The position numbers and the translations under genes were made by a program. From Mycobacterium leprae TN (GTDB lineage Bacteria; Actinomycetota; Actinomycetes; Mycobacteriales; Mycobacteriaceae): DNA of 32,000 bases. Under the pieces are notes generated by a model, which saw only the letters and a list, made by a program, of their open reading frames with translations, was not told where the DNA came from and ran no database searches. Below, one piece after another: positions 10,320-21,682 of the stretch; position 1 is the stretch's first letter, and the number at the start of each line of letters is the position of its first letter. The stretch spans positions 1,050,001 through 1,082,000 of the forward strand of contig NC_002677.1 in assembly GCF_000195855.1 (NCBI RefSeq), written 5' to 3'.

Positions 10320-10880
10320 GTGCTGGTAATTATCTCCGATCTGACACTGGTGACCTTGTATTTCGACGGGAGTTAGTCCGAATTCACCTTGTTCGCAACG
10401 TTATTTGAGATCGCTGCAGCGTCGGTCCGCGGTGCGTGCAGATTTACGCCACGGTGGTGGGGCTGCTGATTTTGGGCTTGAACCCGCTGATATTTTTCTG
10501 CCGATGTGCCATGCTGACGACTTAAGTGGTGCTGCGGGTCTAAGTGGTCAGCATACTGACTTTGGCACTACTGCTTGTCGTGGTGGTGTTGTTAAAAGGT
10601 GAAGTGTGGACCGGTCTGCTCGGCGTGCTCATCGCCGTTCTGCTGCTCATTGGCGCTATCCGATTATCGCGCCCACATGCCCCGTGGCGTCTACACTACC
10701 CAGCTGGACAAGATGCGGTGCTCACTGTAGCGGGAACGTACACTGCGCCGCTCGGTGGTGTGTGCCAAGTTGTGGTTGCAGTGCGCGATCGCTGGCACCT
10801 CGTCGCTTCCCGAGGAGCACATCGTCGATTCCCAGCTGGATCTTGACGTGCACCCCGTGTCTCCACCCGAGGGCGCATAG
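10320..10880 (+). pseudogene. Decayed integral membrane protein gene (Rv2180c-like)
   Basis: Hydrophobic coding fragment in frame 2 (VQIYATVVGLLILGLNPLIFFCRCAMLTT) ends at TAA 10523-10525. A second in-frame TAA at 10541-10543 precedes VVSILTLALLLVVVVLLKGEVWTGLLGVLIAVLLL. A plausible C-terminus (PEEHIVDSQLDLDVHPVSPPEGA*) sits in another frame, ending at 10880. Confidence 0.6.
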
Positions 10881-11007
10881 TCTGCCTTGGTTGGTGACAG
10901 AATCGGCGGAGTTGTCGGCAAGTTGGGTGCGAAAAGCCGTACGCCCGAATTGTAGAAAGGGGATTGGAACCGGACCCGTATCGCGGGCACCGCGCTCCTC
11001 ACTGCCG

Positions 11008-11523
11008 ATGCGGTATTTTTACGACACTGAATTCATTGAGGACGGCCGCACGATCGAGCTGGTCTCGATCGGGGTGGTCGCCGAGGATGGACGCGAATAT
11101 TACGCTGTGTCAAACGAATTCGATCCCGAGCGGGCTGGTAATTGGGTACGCGTCAATGTACTTTCCAAGTTGCCGCCGCTGGCTTCGCAATTGTGGCGTT
11201 CGCGCAGGCAAATCCGTCTGGATCTGGAGGAATTTTTCGGTGTTGACGGTTCGGAGCCGACCGAACCGATCGAATTGTGGGCCTGGGTGGGCGCCTACGA
11301 CCACGTGGCCTTGTGTCAACTGTGGGGACCGATGCCAGACCTGCCGGAGGCTTTGCCTCGTTTCACTCGAGAAATCCGACAGTTGTGGGAAGACCGGGGT
11401 TGTCCCCGGATGCCGCCGCGACCGCGTGACCTGCACGACGCGCTGGTAGACGCCCGAGACCAGCTGCGCCGATTCCGGATTATCATGTCCGCAGACGATG
11501 TAGGAAGCCTACCGACTCACTGA
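11008..11523 (+). CDS. DEDDh-type 3'-5' exoribonuclease (Rv2179c-like)
   Basis: Internal ATG MRYFYDTEFIEDGRTIELVSIGVVAEDGREYYAVSNEF in ORF 10606..11523; DTEF catalytic motif, ELWAWVGAYDHVAL, and HDALVDARDQLRR. Confidence 0.88.
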   Translation: MRYFYDTEFIEDGRTIELVSIGVVAEDGREYYAVSNEFDPERAGNWVRVNVLSKLPPLASQLWRSRRQIRLDLEEFFGVDGSEPTEPIELWAWVGAYDHVALCQLWGPMPDLPEALPRFTREIRQLWEDRGCPRMPPRPRDLHDALVDARDQLRRFRIIMSADDVGSLPTH

Positions 11524-12975
<1,452 letters not shown>

Positions 12976-12987
12976 GTGCCTTAACGC

Positions 12988-14262
12988 TCACAGCAGTCCG
13001 CTCAGGTGGCTTCCGATTGTCCATGCCACTGTCGCGACCAACCCGGCGATTGCCACCACCACCCCTACCCAAATCAGCACCATCCGGCGGGCGTGCTGTC
13101 GTGCCCAGATGAATTCGCTGATCGCGATACCGGCGAATCGGTCTGGAACCGGTTCGTACTCGTATTCCTCGGGGGAGTCGATATCGGGCCGAGCTGGTCT
13201 TCTTGGCGCTGAGCAGTCCCTTAGTCTGCGTGTAAACTGGCGAGTGGAGTGAGGCATGGGTGCGTTGACGACCGGCTGCACCTGTTGCTCAACGGGCCGC
13301 TCGACCATGTGACCGCGGTGCAGTGCCGCCGATCGGTATTGGGCGGTGTTGCGCGGCGCCGGTACTCGGAATGGCGGCAGCGCCAATTCCTCCGCTATGG
13401 AATCCACTTGAGCGGCCATCTCTATCGCGTCGGCATATCGACCGCTGGGGTCGCGGACCGTCGCGCGTGCCACCAGCTCGTCGAATTGCTGGGGCACACC
13501 GGTAATCACCGTGCTGGCGCGGGGAACATCGATCTCCAGCCGTTGATAGGCGATCGACAGCGCAGAGTCGCCGGTAAACGGTGTGTGCCCGGTCAACAGC
13601 TCGTAGGTCATAATCCCCGCAGAGTAAACATCACTACGGGGACTGGCGTCGCCGTCGCGGACCTGTTCGGGGGACAGGTAGGCCACGGTCCCCAGGATTA
13701 CACTTGTCGAGGTGATTCCAGCGGCTGCGACGGCACGTACCAACCCGAAATCGGCGATCTTGACGTCGCCGTCATCGGAGATCAGGATGTTTTCGGGCTT
13801 GACGTCGCGGTGCACCAGGCCTGCTCGATGGGCAGCGGCCAGGCCGCCCAGCACCGGGCGAAGCACAGCCACGACGGCGTGTGGTGGCATCGGGCCGCGT
13901 TCGGCCAGCAGCTCGCGCAGCGTGCCACCTTCGATGAGTTCCATTACCAGGAATGGGTGACGGGCATCTATGCCCTGGTCGTAGACTGCGACCAGCCCAG
14001 GGTCCTTCAGCCGTGCGACGGAGCGGGCCTCGAGTTGAAAGCGGGTCAGGAGCTGTTCGTCGCCAGTGTAGCGAGAGTCCATCACCTTCACCGCGACGGG
14101 GCGATCGAGCCGGATGTCGACGCCGCGGTACACTGTTGCGGTACCACCGTTGCCGATCTTGGCTTTCAGGAGGTAACGGCCATCGAGCAACGTGCTGTCC
14201 AACGGGTCCTGATGCAGACTGGCACGGCTTGGGGAAGCGCCAGGTAATTCAGTGGCTGCCAC
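12988..14262 (-). CDS. pknL: Serine/threonine protein kinase with C-terminal TM segment (PknL-like)
   Basis: 424-aa ORF: IGNGGTATVYRG Gly-loop, VAVKVMDSR, HRDVKPENIL, DFGLVRAV, GTVAYLSPEQV, juxtamembrane region and a single TM near the C-terminus (MVLIWVGVVVAIAGLVATVAW). Confidence 0.93.
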   Translation of the reverse strand: MAATELPGASPSRASLHQDPLDSTLLDGRYLLKAKIGNGGTATVYRGVDIRLDRPVAVKVMDSRYTGDEQLLTRFQLEARSVARLKDPGLVAVYDQGIDARHPFLVMELIEGGTLRELLAERGPMPPHAVVAVLRPVLGGLAAAHRAGLVHRDVKPENILISDDGDVKIADFGLVRAVAAAGITSTSVILGTVAYLSPEQVRDGDASPRSDVYSAGIMTYELLTGHTPFTGDSALSIAYQRLEIDVPRASTVITGVPQQFDELVARATVRDPSGRYADAIEMAAQVDSIAEELALPPFRVPAPRNTAQYRSAALHRGHMVERPVEQQVQPVVNAPMPHSTRQFTRRLRDCSAPRRPARPDIDSPEEYEYEPVPDRFAGIAISEFIWARQHARRMVLIWVGVVVAIAGLVATVAWTIGSHLSGLL

Positions 14263-14315
14263 CGGACCATCATAGGTGTGGTAATGGGTATTGAGCGTGA
14301 GAATGTAGGCGCACT

Positions 14316-14747
14316 GTGCGTATCAGCCTCTACACTTGCGCGGTGGGCAGTATTCCAGCGGGCGACGACGTTTTGGATCCCGACGAGCCAACATACGACC
14401 TGACTCAGGTCGCCGAGCTACTCGGCATACCGGTCAGCAGGGTGCACCGAAAGCTGTGCGAAGGCTATCTGGTTGCGGTGCGACGTGGCGATAGCCTGGT
14501 AGTGCCGCAGATCTTTTTCACCAATTCTGGTGCGGTGGTGAAAAGCCTGCCTGGTCTATTGACGATCCTGCATGATGGCAGTTTTCATGAAACTGAAATT
14601 GTGCGTTGGTTATTCACTCCAGATCCGTCGCTTACCCTCACTCGCGACGGCAGTCGGGATGTAGTTAGCAACGCCCGTCCTGTTGACGCGTTGCATACCC
14701 ATCAGGCTCGGGAAGTAGTGCGCCGAGCGCAGGCTATGGCGTATTAA
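14316..14747 (+). CDS. Rv2175c-like winged-helix DNA-binding protein (the M. tuberculosis homologue is a known PknL substrate)
   Basis: 143-aa ORF: VGSIPAGDDVLDPDEPTYDLTQVAELLGIPVSRVHRKLCEGYLVAVRR HTH segment, divergent from pknL. True start may be the internal GTG at VGSIP. Confidence 0.85.
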   Translation: MRISLYTCAVGSIPAGDDVLDPDEPTYDLTQVAELLGIPVSRVHRKLCEGYLVAVRRGDSLVVPQIFFTNSGAVVKSLPGLLTILHDGSFHETEIVRWLFTPDPSLTLTRDGSRDVVSNARPVDALHTHQAREVVRRAQAMAY

Positions 14748-16261
14748 GCGGTGTCTGTCTCGGGCGCCTTATAGAGCGCGTGCCAGGCTATCAGTGCGCA
14801 GGTTGTGGCTAGTGAAAAATGCAGCCATGAATACATGCCGTGCGATCCGTCGGGTTTGAAAATTACCATGATCCAGGACGAAAACCCTGCGATGGTCGCC
14901 AGCGCTTGCCGTGACTGGGCTAACGGCGCCGCTACCGCCAGTGGCCAGGAGTAATACCATGGCAGAGCAGCGGGAACAAACAACACCACAATTAGCATTG
15001 ACCACGCGATACCGGTCAGCGCGGATCGGTCGTCGCGCCGGTATCGCCACCACAACAGCGGCAGGGATACCGCGATGATTACGATTCCGATGAACCGGGT
15101 CATCCGCAGTACGCCGTAGAAGTCGGTCGCGAAGAAACCGTTAGCCAGAACGTTGACCAAGTTCGCTATTGCGGTCGGTACGGTCAGCCAGTTTATGATT
15201 TTCACCGATCCGGCCAGCGCGGTCATCCACCCTAGGCCTACACTGGCCGCAGTGGACAACACTGCGAACACGGTAGCGAAGATTAACAGTGCTGTCGCAG
15301 TGGCCGCCAAGAAAGCCTGGACTGGTCGGTATCCTCGCCGGTTATGCAGCTGGCGCATCCACACCCAGACCATGAAGGGCAACGAGATTCCAGCGGTCGC
15401 TTTGACTGCGATCGCGACCGTTATGAGGGCGGTACCCGCGACATTGCGGCCCTGGAAGGTCAGCGCGACGCCGGCGGTCATCAGGCCCACCATCAGCATC
15501 TCGTTGTGAACCCCGCCCATCAGATGGATGAGCACCAGCGGGTTGAGCACGCAGGTCCACAGCGCGGTTGTGCCGTCGGCGCCGAAATGTTGGGCCAGTC
15601 GAGGGGTAGCCCAGATCAACAGTGCCAATCCGGGCAGCATGCATAAGCGCAGCAGCATGGTTCCGGTCACCACGTTGTTGCCCACTGCGAGCGTGACGAA
15701 CTTCGCAACCAGAATGAATGCTGGACCGTAGGGTGCGGTGGTGATCGTCCAAATGGGACTTACGTTGTCCAGCAAAGCATTCGGGTTGCCTACTGGACCA
15801 ACCAGGTAGGGATCCAGGCCATCGCGCAACAGTGCGCCCTGAGCGAGATAAGAGTAGGTATCCCGGCTGAAGACCGGTACCGACAGCAGCAACGGCGTCA
15901 ACCAGAAGCCGATGGTGGCCCGCATCATGAACTCGGTGGCTTGGCCTGCTAGAACACGTCGACCCAGTCGTAACCAAGCAATGAGCATCAGGCTCACTCC
16001 CGTCCACAACAGAATCGACGATAGCACCAGTCCGTGGCCGAAGCGCAGCCAGGACATGCAAATCAACTCGAGCAGTGGGTCGTGCTGGCGGATGCTTCCT
16101 GCCCCCAACCCGCCCGTGGTGATCAGCAGCGAACCTAGCAACCCAAGCTTTGCGGGTCCGGACTCCGGGCTGGCGGCGAACATACGAAGCTGTGAAAAAT
16201 ATTGATGGATATATCGTTTTGTCGGCGAGTTTGCTTCCGGTAGGTGCGTAGGAGTGGTCAT
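14744..16261 (-). CDS. mptA: Alpha-(1->6)-mannopyranosyltransferase A (Rv2174-like)
   Basis: 505-aa polytopic membrane ORF: FSRDTYSYLAQGALLRDGLDPYLVGP, APYGPAFI and HLMGGVHNEMLMVGLM. Confidence 0.87.
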   Translation of the reverse strand: MTTPTHLPEANSPTKRYIHQYFSQLRMFAASPESGPAKLGLLGSLLITTGGLGAGSIRQHDPLLELICMSWLRFGHGLVLSSILLWTGVSLMLIAWLRLGRRVLAGQATEFMMRATIGFWLTPLLLSVPVFSRDTYSYLAQGALLRDGLDPYLVGPVGNPNALLDNVSPIWTITTAPYGPAFILVAKFVTLAVGNNVVTGTMLLRLCMLPGLALLIWATPRLAQHFGADGTTALWTCVLNPLVLIHLMGGVHNEMLMVGLMTAGVALTFQGRNVAGTALITVAIAVKATAGISLPFMVWVWMRQLHNRRGYRPVQAFLAATATALLIFATVFAVLSTAASVGLGWMTALAGSVKIINWLTVPTAIANLVNVLANGFFATDFYGVLRMTRFIGIVIIAVSLPLLWWRYRRDDRSALTGIAWSMLIVVLFVPAALPWYYSWPLAVAAPLAQSRQALATIAGFSSWIMVIFKPDGSHGMYSWLHFSLATTCALIAWHALYKAPETDTA

Positions 16262-16269
16262 CGGTTCAA

Positions 16270-17370
<1,101 letters not shown>

Positions 17371-17599
17371 GCTCGATGCCCCTTTCCGTTAGGTGTGTCC
17401 AGTGTATTCCGCATTGGCGCCGTGGATGTTTTCGTGTGGCTCGGGCGGTAGCAATTAGCCGTGGTTGCCCACGTTGCTTCGACGTATTCCCTAGCTCGCG
17501 CCTATGCTGTTCGGAGGGACCTGCGTTAGCTGGCGCGGTCTGGTCCAGCACGATAGGTTGGCGCACCGGAACATAGTCATTCGATACCTGAGGAGCCGT

Positions 17600-18514
17600 G
17601 TGACCCTCAACACCATCGCGCTTGAGTTGGTGCCACCGAACCTGGACGCCGGTCAGGAGCGGGCAGTCGAAGATGCGTGCAAGGTGGTCCAATACTCCGC
17701 CGAATCCGGCCTTAGCGGCCGGATTCGGCACGTGATGATTCCGGGGATGATCGTCGAGGAAGACGATCGTCCCATTCCGATGAAGCCAAAGCTGGACGTG
17801 CTCGACTTCTGGTCGATAGTCAGACCGGAGTTGCCCGGGGTCAATGGGCTGTGCACTCAGGTCACAGCGTTCATGGACGAGGCATCGCTGGGTCGGCGGC
17901 TCGCCGATCTATCCGCTGCCGGCATGGAGGGTGTGGTTTTTGTTGGCGTACCGCGCACGATGAATGATGGTGAGGGCTCCGGTGTCGCACCAACCGACGC
18001 CTTGTCGATGTACCGTGAATTGGTGGCTAACCGTGGCGTGATCGTCATCCCCACCAGGGACGGCGAGCAGGATCGGCTGAATTTCAAGTGCAATCAGGGC
18101 GCGACCTACGGCATGACCCAGTTGCTGTATTCCGATGCAATTGTGCGTTTTCTTACCGAGTTCGCCAAGCACACTGACCATCGGCCCGAACTCTTGCTGT
18201 CGTTTGGCTTTGTGCCGAAGGCCGAACGCCGGGTCGGTTTGATCAATTGGCTGATTCAGGACTCGGGAAATGCCGCAGTGGCCGATGAGCAGGAGTTCGT
18301 CAAGCGGTTGGCGGGCAGCGAACCTGCTCAAAAGCGACAGCTCATGCTCGATCTGTACCAGCGCGTGATAGACGGTGTCGCTGAGCTAGGCTTTCCGCTG
18401 AGCATCCATTTCGAAGCGACGTATGGCATGTCCCCAGCGGCTTTCGATACCTTCGCGGAGATGGTTGCCTACTGGCCACCGGTTTGCGTGGGACAGTCGG
18501 GCGAGTCAACTTAA
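17600..18514 (+). CDS. Methylenetetrahydrofolate reductase-like / FAD-linked oxidoreductase family protein (Rv2172c-like)
   Basis: Internal GTG VTLNTIALELVPPNLDAG in ORF 17504..18514; MEGVVFVGVPRTM, PTDALSMYRELVANRGVIVIPTR, FNCKCNQG-like FKCNQGATYGMTQLLYSD and SIHFEATYG. Confidence 0.8.
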   Translation: MTLNTIALELVPPNLDAGQERAVEDACKVVQYSAESGLSGRIRHVMIPGMIVEEDDRPIPMKPKLDVLDFWSIVRPELPGVNGLCTQVTAFMDEASLGRRLADLSAAGMEGVVFVGVPRTMNDGEGSGVAPTDALSMYRELVANRGVIVIPTRDGEQDRLNFKCNQGATYGMTQLLYSDAIVRFLTEFAKHTDHRPELLLSFGFVPKAERRVGLINWLIQDSGNAAVADEQEFVKRLAGSEPAQKRQLMLDLYQRVIDGVAELGFPLSIHFEATYGMSPAAFDTFAEMVAYWPPVCVGQSGEST

Positions 18515-19230
18515 CTGGATGAACTGTCGCGCGGTATTTGTAATCGCGCGGAGCTTTTCCGTTCGTTCCAGGCCAACAACACCACCACACTAGCAGCTGA
18601 GAACGAAGCAATACCCAGCCAGACTGCGGCCCCGGTGAAGGAACGGGTATCGGGATCGGTGTAGCGGGCGCGTGCGCTCATGGTGCTAACTACGCCCGGT
18701 TTAAGCTTCCACGCTACGACTTTGGTCTCGATGCGGTCACCGTTGGTGGACGTCACGACTCCGGGGAAGGCGACGGTTAATTCGACGTCGGCGTCGGGAT
18801 CGGTCACCGAGGTCAGATCTGCCCGGCTTTCCAGGATCACCAGGTTGCCGTTGCGGCGCAGCGACAGGGTCACGTCGGTGGTGCTGGAGTTCATGTTGGC
18901 CAGCTGCGGCAATTCGGCGAACGTCAAGTCGGAGAACACTGCTTGTGACCCGACATAGCCGTCGCTATTGTAATTTGACACCGCTATCTTTTGGCTGAAG
19001 GGCAAATTGTCGTTAAGCTGGGGGCCAGCATCATTTTTATTTTTCGGTTTTGCCGCGGCGATGATCTTCCCGGACACTAGGTTATCAGGTGAGATGGTGA
19101 TCGAGGCCGTGACTCGCAGGCATCCGGTAGCCAACGGCACCATTGCCACCAGCAGCAGCGCGATGGTCAGTGTGCGCCGCCGTTGAGCGGTGCATCCTCG
19201 GGTGAACAGCGGGGGAAATCTGGCGCGCAC
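18511..19230 (-). CDS. lppM: Lipoprotein LppM-like
   Basis: Internal GTG VRARFPPLFTRGCTAQRRRTLTIALLLVAMVPLATGC with lipobox and C-terminal TM segment, within ORF 18511..19407. Confidence 0.8.
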   Translation of the reverse strand: MRARFPPLFTRGCTAQRRRTLTIALLLVAMVPLATGCLRVTASITISPDNLVSGKIIAAAKPKNKNDAGPQLNDNLPFSQKIAVSNYNSDGYVGSQAVFSDLTFAELPQLANMNSSTTDVTLSLRRNGNLVILESRADLTSVTDPDADVELTVAFPGVVTSTNGDRIETKVVAWKLKPGVVSTMSARARYTDPDTRSFTGAAVWLGIASFSAASVVVLLAWNERKSSARLQIPRDSSSS

Positions 19231-19301
19231 TAGGTCATCGTGCCAGACTCGTTGAATCGCTTTGGCGACCCGTCCGGTGAGCAAGTCGGGGCTCTCAACT
19301 G

Positions 19302-19934
19302 TTACAGCGGAAGGGTGCGACCTAAGATCGCGAATGCCCGTGGATCGCCAGCGAAGTAGTGGCGGCGGATGATGTCCATGAAACCCAGCCGCCGGTATAG
19401 TCGCCAAGCTCGATTGGTTTCACCGTTGGTTTCTGGTGTGGAGAGCAGCACGTTGTTTTCACGGCGATGCGCGAGCAGCCGGCGGGTTAATGCTTCGCCG
19501 ATGCCACGGCCTTGGGTGTGAGGATGAATGTGCAATTCGGTCAACTCGAAATAGCTGTTCATCAGTCGGGCGATTTCAAGTGTTGACAAGCCACTGCGTT
19601 GCAAGCCTTGGACAACTTGTTGTTGCCACCACTGACCTGGTGCACCAGGGTAGCCGTAGGCCACGCCACGCAATGGCGCGTTGTTCAGTTCGTCAGCTGA
19701 TGGCGCCGGATGGGCAGGGCCGTCGGCCATGTCGGCTACGTCTGCTACTTCAATTCTGACTTCGACGGCGGCCACCGCTTGCCAACCCGGTCGCCGGATG
19801 TGCTCCAGCCATATTCCGGCACGCAAATTTTCGGTGTTCCGTGGGTACCGCATCGCGTCGACATAGACTTCCAGGGCCTCGTTGAGGCGCCGTTCCATTT
19901 CGTTTGGCGACAAATTTATGAGGAATATCGCCAA
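19302..19934 (-). CDS. GNAT-family N-acetyltransferase (Rv2170-like)
   Basis: 210-aa ORF: ELTELHIHPHTQGRGIGEALTRRLLAHRRENNVLLSTPETNGETNRAWRLYRRLGFMD, a canonical GNAT motif A/B. Confidence 0.88.
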   Translation of the reverse strand: MAIFLINLSPNEMERRLNEALEVYVDAMRYPRNTENLRAGIWLEHIRRPGWQAVAAVEVRIEVADVADMADGPAHPAPSADELNNAPLRGVAYGYPGAPGQWWQQQVVQGLQRSGLSTLEIARLMNSYFELTELHIHPHTQGRGIGEALTRRLLAHRRENNVLLSTPETNGETNRAWRLYRRLGFMDIIRRHYFAGDPRAFAILGRTLPL

Positions 19935-20250
19935 CTCGTGGTGTCCTCCTCAATATACAATATGCGATGACCGGGTGAGATGTGTCTATCATTATTATCG
20001 GATGGCATGGCCGTCGACCAACGAATGGGTGTGGCAATATATCGATGATCCCGGCTTGCTTCCGTAAGTAGTTCATGGCCTACGGGGATTCCGGGCCGTG
20101 TCGTCGTGGCGGTGCGGCTTGGATAGAATCGCCTGCGAACCAGTGGTATGGCATAGATTGACCTCGTATCATCGAAAGTTAGTTGCCCACACAACGGACA
20201 TCTGTGTTTTATCGATAGTTACGTGTTAGCCTGCTGGCAGGGAGGGACGA

Positions 20251-20655
20251 ATGCCACTCTCCGATCATGAGCAGCGAATGCTCGATCAGATAGAGAGCGC
20301 TCTCTACGCCGAAGACCCCAAATTCGTGTCGAGTGTACGTGGCGGGGGGTTGCGTGTGCCGACCGCGCGGCGGCGTACGCAAGGCGCGGCGTTGTTCGTC
20401 ATTGGTCTGGGGATGCTGGTTTGCGGGGTTGCATTCAAGGCCACCATGATTGGAAGCTTTCCGATTCTTAGCGTCTTTGGCTTTGTCGTGATGTTTGGTG
20501 GTGTGTTGTTTGCCATTACTGGTTCACGGTTGTCCGGCAGGGAGGACCACCCGGGTTTGGCGCCTGGGACATCGCGTCAGCGTCGTTCGAAGGGCGCGGC
20601 GGGATCGTTCACCAGTCGTATGGAGGATCGGTTCCGGCGCCGCTTCGATGAGTAG
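20251..20655 (+). CDS. DUF3040-family membrane protein (Rv2169c-like)
   Basis: 134-aa ORF MPLSDHEQRMLDQIESALYAEDPKF, the hallmark DUF3040 N-terminus, followed by two hydrophobic segments. Confidence 0.87.
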   Translation: MPLSDHEQRMLDQIESALYAEDPKFVSSVRGGGLRVPTARRRTQGAALFVIGLGMLVCGVAFKATMIGSFPILSVFGFVVMFGGVLFAITGSRLSGREDHPGLAPGTSRQRRSKGAAGSFTSRMEDRFRRRFDE

Positions 20656-20685
20656 CGGAACCTCCAGCCGACCTACCCACATATA

Positions 20686-20711
20686 AACGGGCAGCCAGTG
20701 GCTGCCCCGTT
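20686..20711 (+). terminator. GC-rich hairpin downstream of the DUF3040 gene
   Basis: AACGG-GCAGCC-AGT-GGCTGC-CCCGTT: a 7-8-bp GC stem extendable past a 1-nt bulge, 30 bp after the stop. Confidence 0.45.
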
Positions 20712-20935
20712 ATCGTTCCCCGAGCTCACTGTTAGTCCGATTCGGGAGCATAGTGAGCCGTGAAAGGCACAATCCAAGCTCTACTGGGCCACAACAGGGT
20801 GACTGTCCCGTGTTTAGGGCTTTGAAATGCGTTTTACCGATGTCCCGATTGGGCCGGGAGGTGTCCTCGGGTGCCTCTGGGTCGACCTCGAAGTGGTGAA
20901 TAACCGCGAAAATTCGACCGCGACACTCTGTTGAA

Positions 20936-20969
20936 TGGGTCTTTATGGGGCAAAGTGGTGGATTGTGGG
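20936..20969 (+). promoter_or_regulatory. Candidate MraZ operator upstream of mraZ
   Basis: TGGG/TGGG/TGGT/TGGG at 20936, 20946, 20956 and 20966, exactly 10 bp apart, 59-92 bp upstream of the mraZ start. Known MraZ boxes are tandem TGGG-type direct repeats with about 10-bp spacing. Confidence 0.75.
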
Positions 20970-21027
20970 GTATGGTGACTGAAGTGTTTGGGCGAGGCGG
21001 GGCTCGGTCTTGGCGGGAGGTCAGCAG

Positions 21028-21459
21028 GTGTTTCTCGGCACCCACACGCCCAAACTCGACGACAAGGGGCGGCTTACTTTGCCCGCTAAATTCCGCGATG
21101 CGTTGGTAGGGGGGTTGATGGTAACCAAGAGCCAAGACCACAGCTTGGCTGTCTACCCCCGGGCGGAATTCGAACAGCTAGCGCGCCGCGCTAGCAAGAT
21201 GTCGCGAAGTAACCCCGAAGCCAGGGCGTTCTTGCGCAATCTCGCTGCTGGGACCGACGAACAACATCCCGACATGCAAGGCCGGATCACGTTGTCAGCC
21301 GACCACCGTCGCTATGCCAACCTTTCTAAGGATTGCGTGGTGATTGGAGCCGTCGACTACCTTGAAATCTGGGACGCACAGGCTTGGCATGACTACCAAC
21401 AGACCCACGAAGAGAACTTTTCCGCGGCCAGCGATGAAGCACTTGGCGACATCATCTAA
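21028..21459 (+). CDS. mraZ: Transcriptional regulator MraZ
   Basis: Internal [72 protein letters not shown]. Confidence 0.96.
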   Translation: MFLGTHTPKLDDKGRLTLPAKFRDALVGGLMVTKSQDHSLAVYPRAEFEQLARRASKMSRSNPEARAFLRNLAAGTDEQHPDMQGRITLSADHRRYANLSKDCVVIGAVDYLEIWDAQAWHDYQQTHEENFSAASDEALGDII

Positions 21460-21526
21460 TGCGTGGTTACTCGCTGCATCCGGCTCCGCCGCGCTTGCGA
21501 TCGCCACGAGATCTAAGGCGCATGCT

Positions 21527-21615
21527 CCCGCATCGTGGTCTCTGTCCGAAGGCACGACCCTGGCGTACTTCCCCAACGCCAGGGTCGTGCCTTCGGACAG
21601 AGACCACGATGCGGG
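21527..21615. repeat. Perfect inverted repeat, 40-bp arms, 9-nt loop
   Basis: CCCGCATCGTGGTCTCTGTCCGAAGGCACGACCCTGGCGT (21527-21566), loop ACTTCCCCA, exact reverse complement 21576-21615. Confidence 0.95.
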
Positions 21616-21682
21616 GATATTTGCGTTCTTCGGGGCGGTTCCGAGGAGCGACAGGTGCCGCCAGACCCGGGGAGGTGGCGAG

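Noticed and set aside
10606-11007. N-terminal extension of the exoribonuclease ORF (10606..11523)
   Set aside because: The family N-terminus begins at MRYFYDTEFIEDG (11008). The upstream R/S/P-rich translation is out of frame with the decayed membrane gene and does not look coding.
20724-20758. GCTCACT ... AGTGAGC 7-bp inverted repeat in the DUF3040-mraZ spacer
   Set aside because: Short arms with a 21-nt loop; not distinguishable from chance without comparative data.
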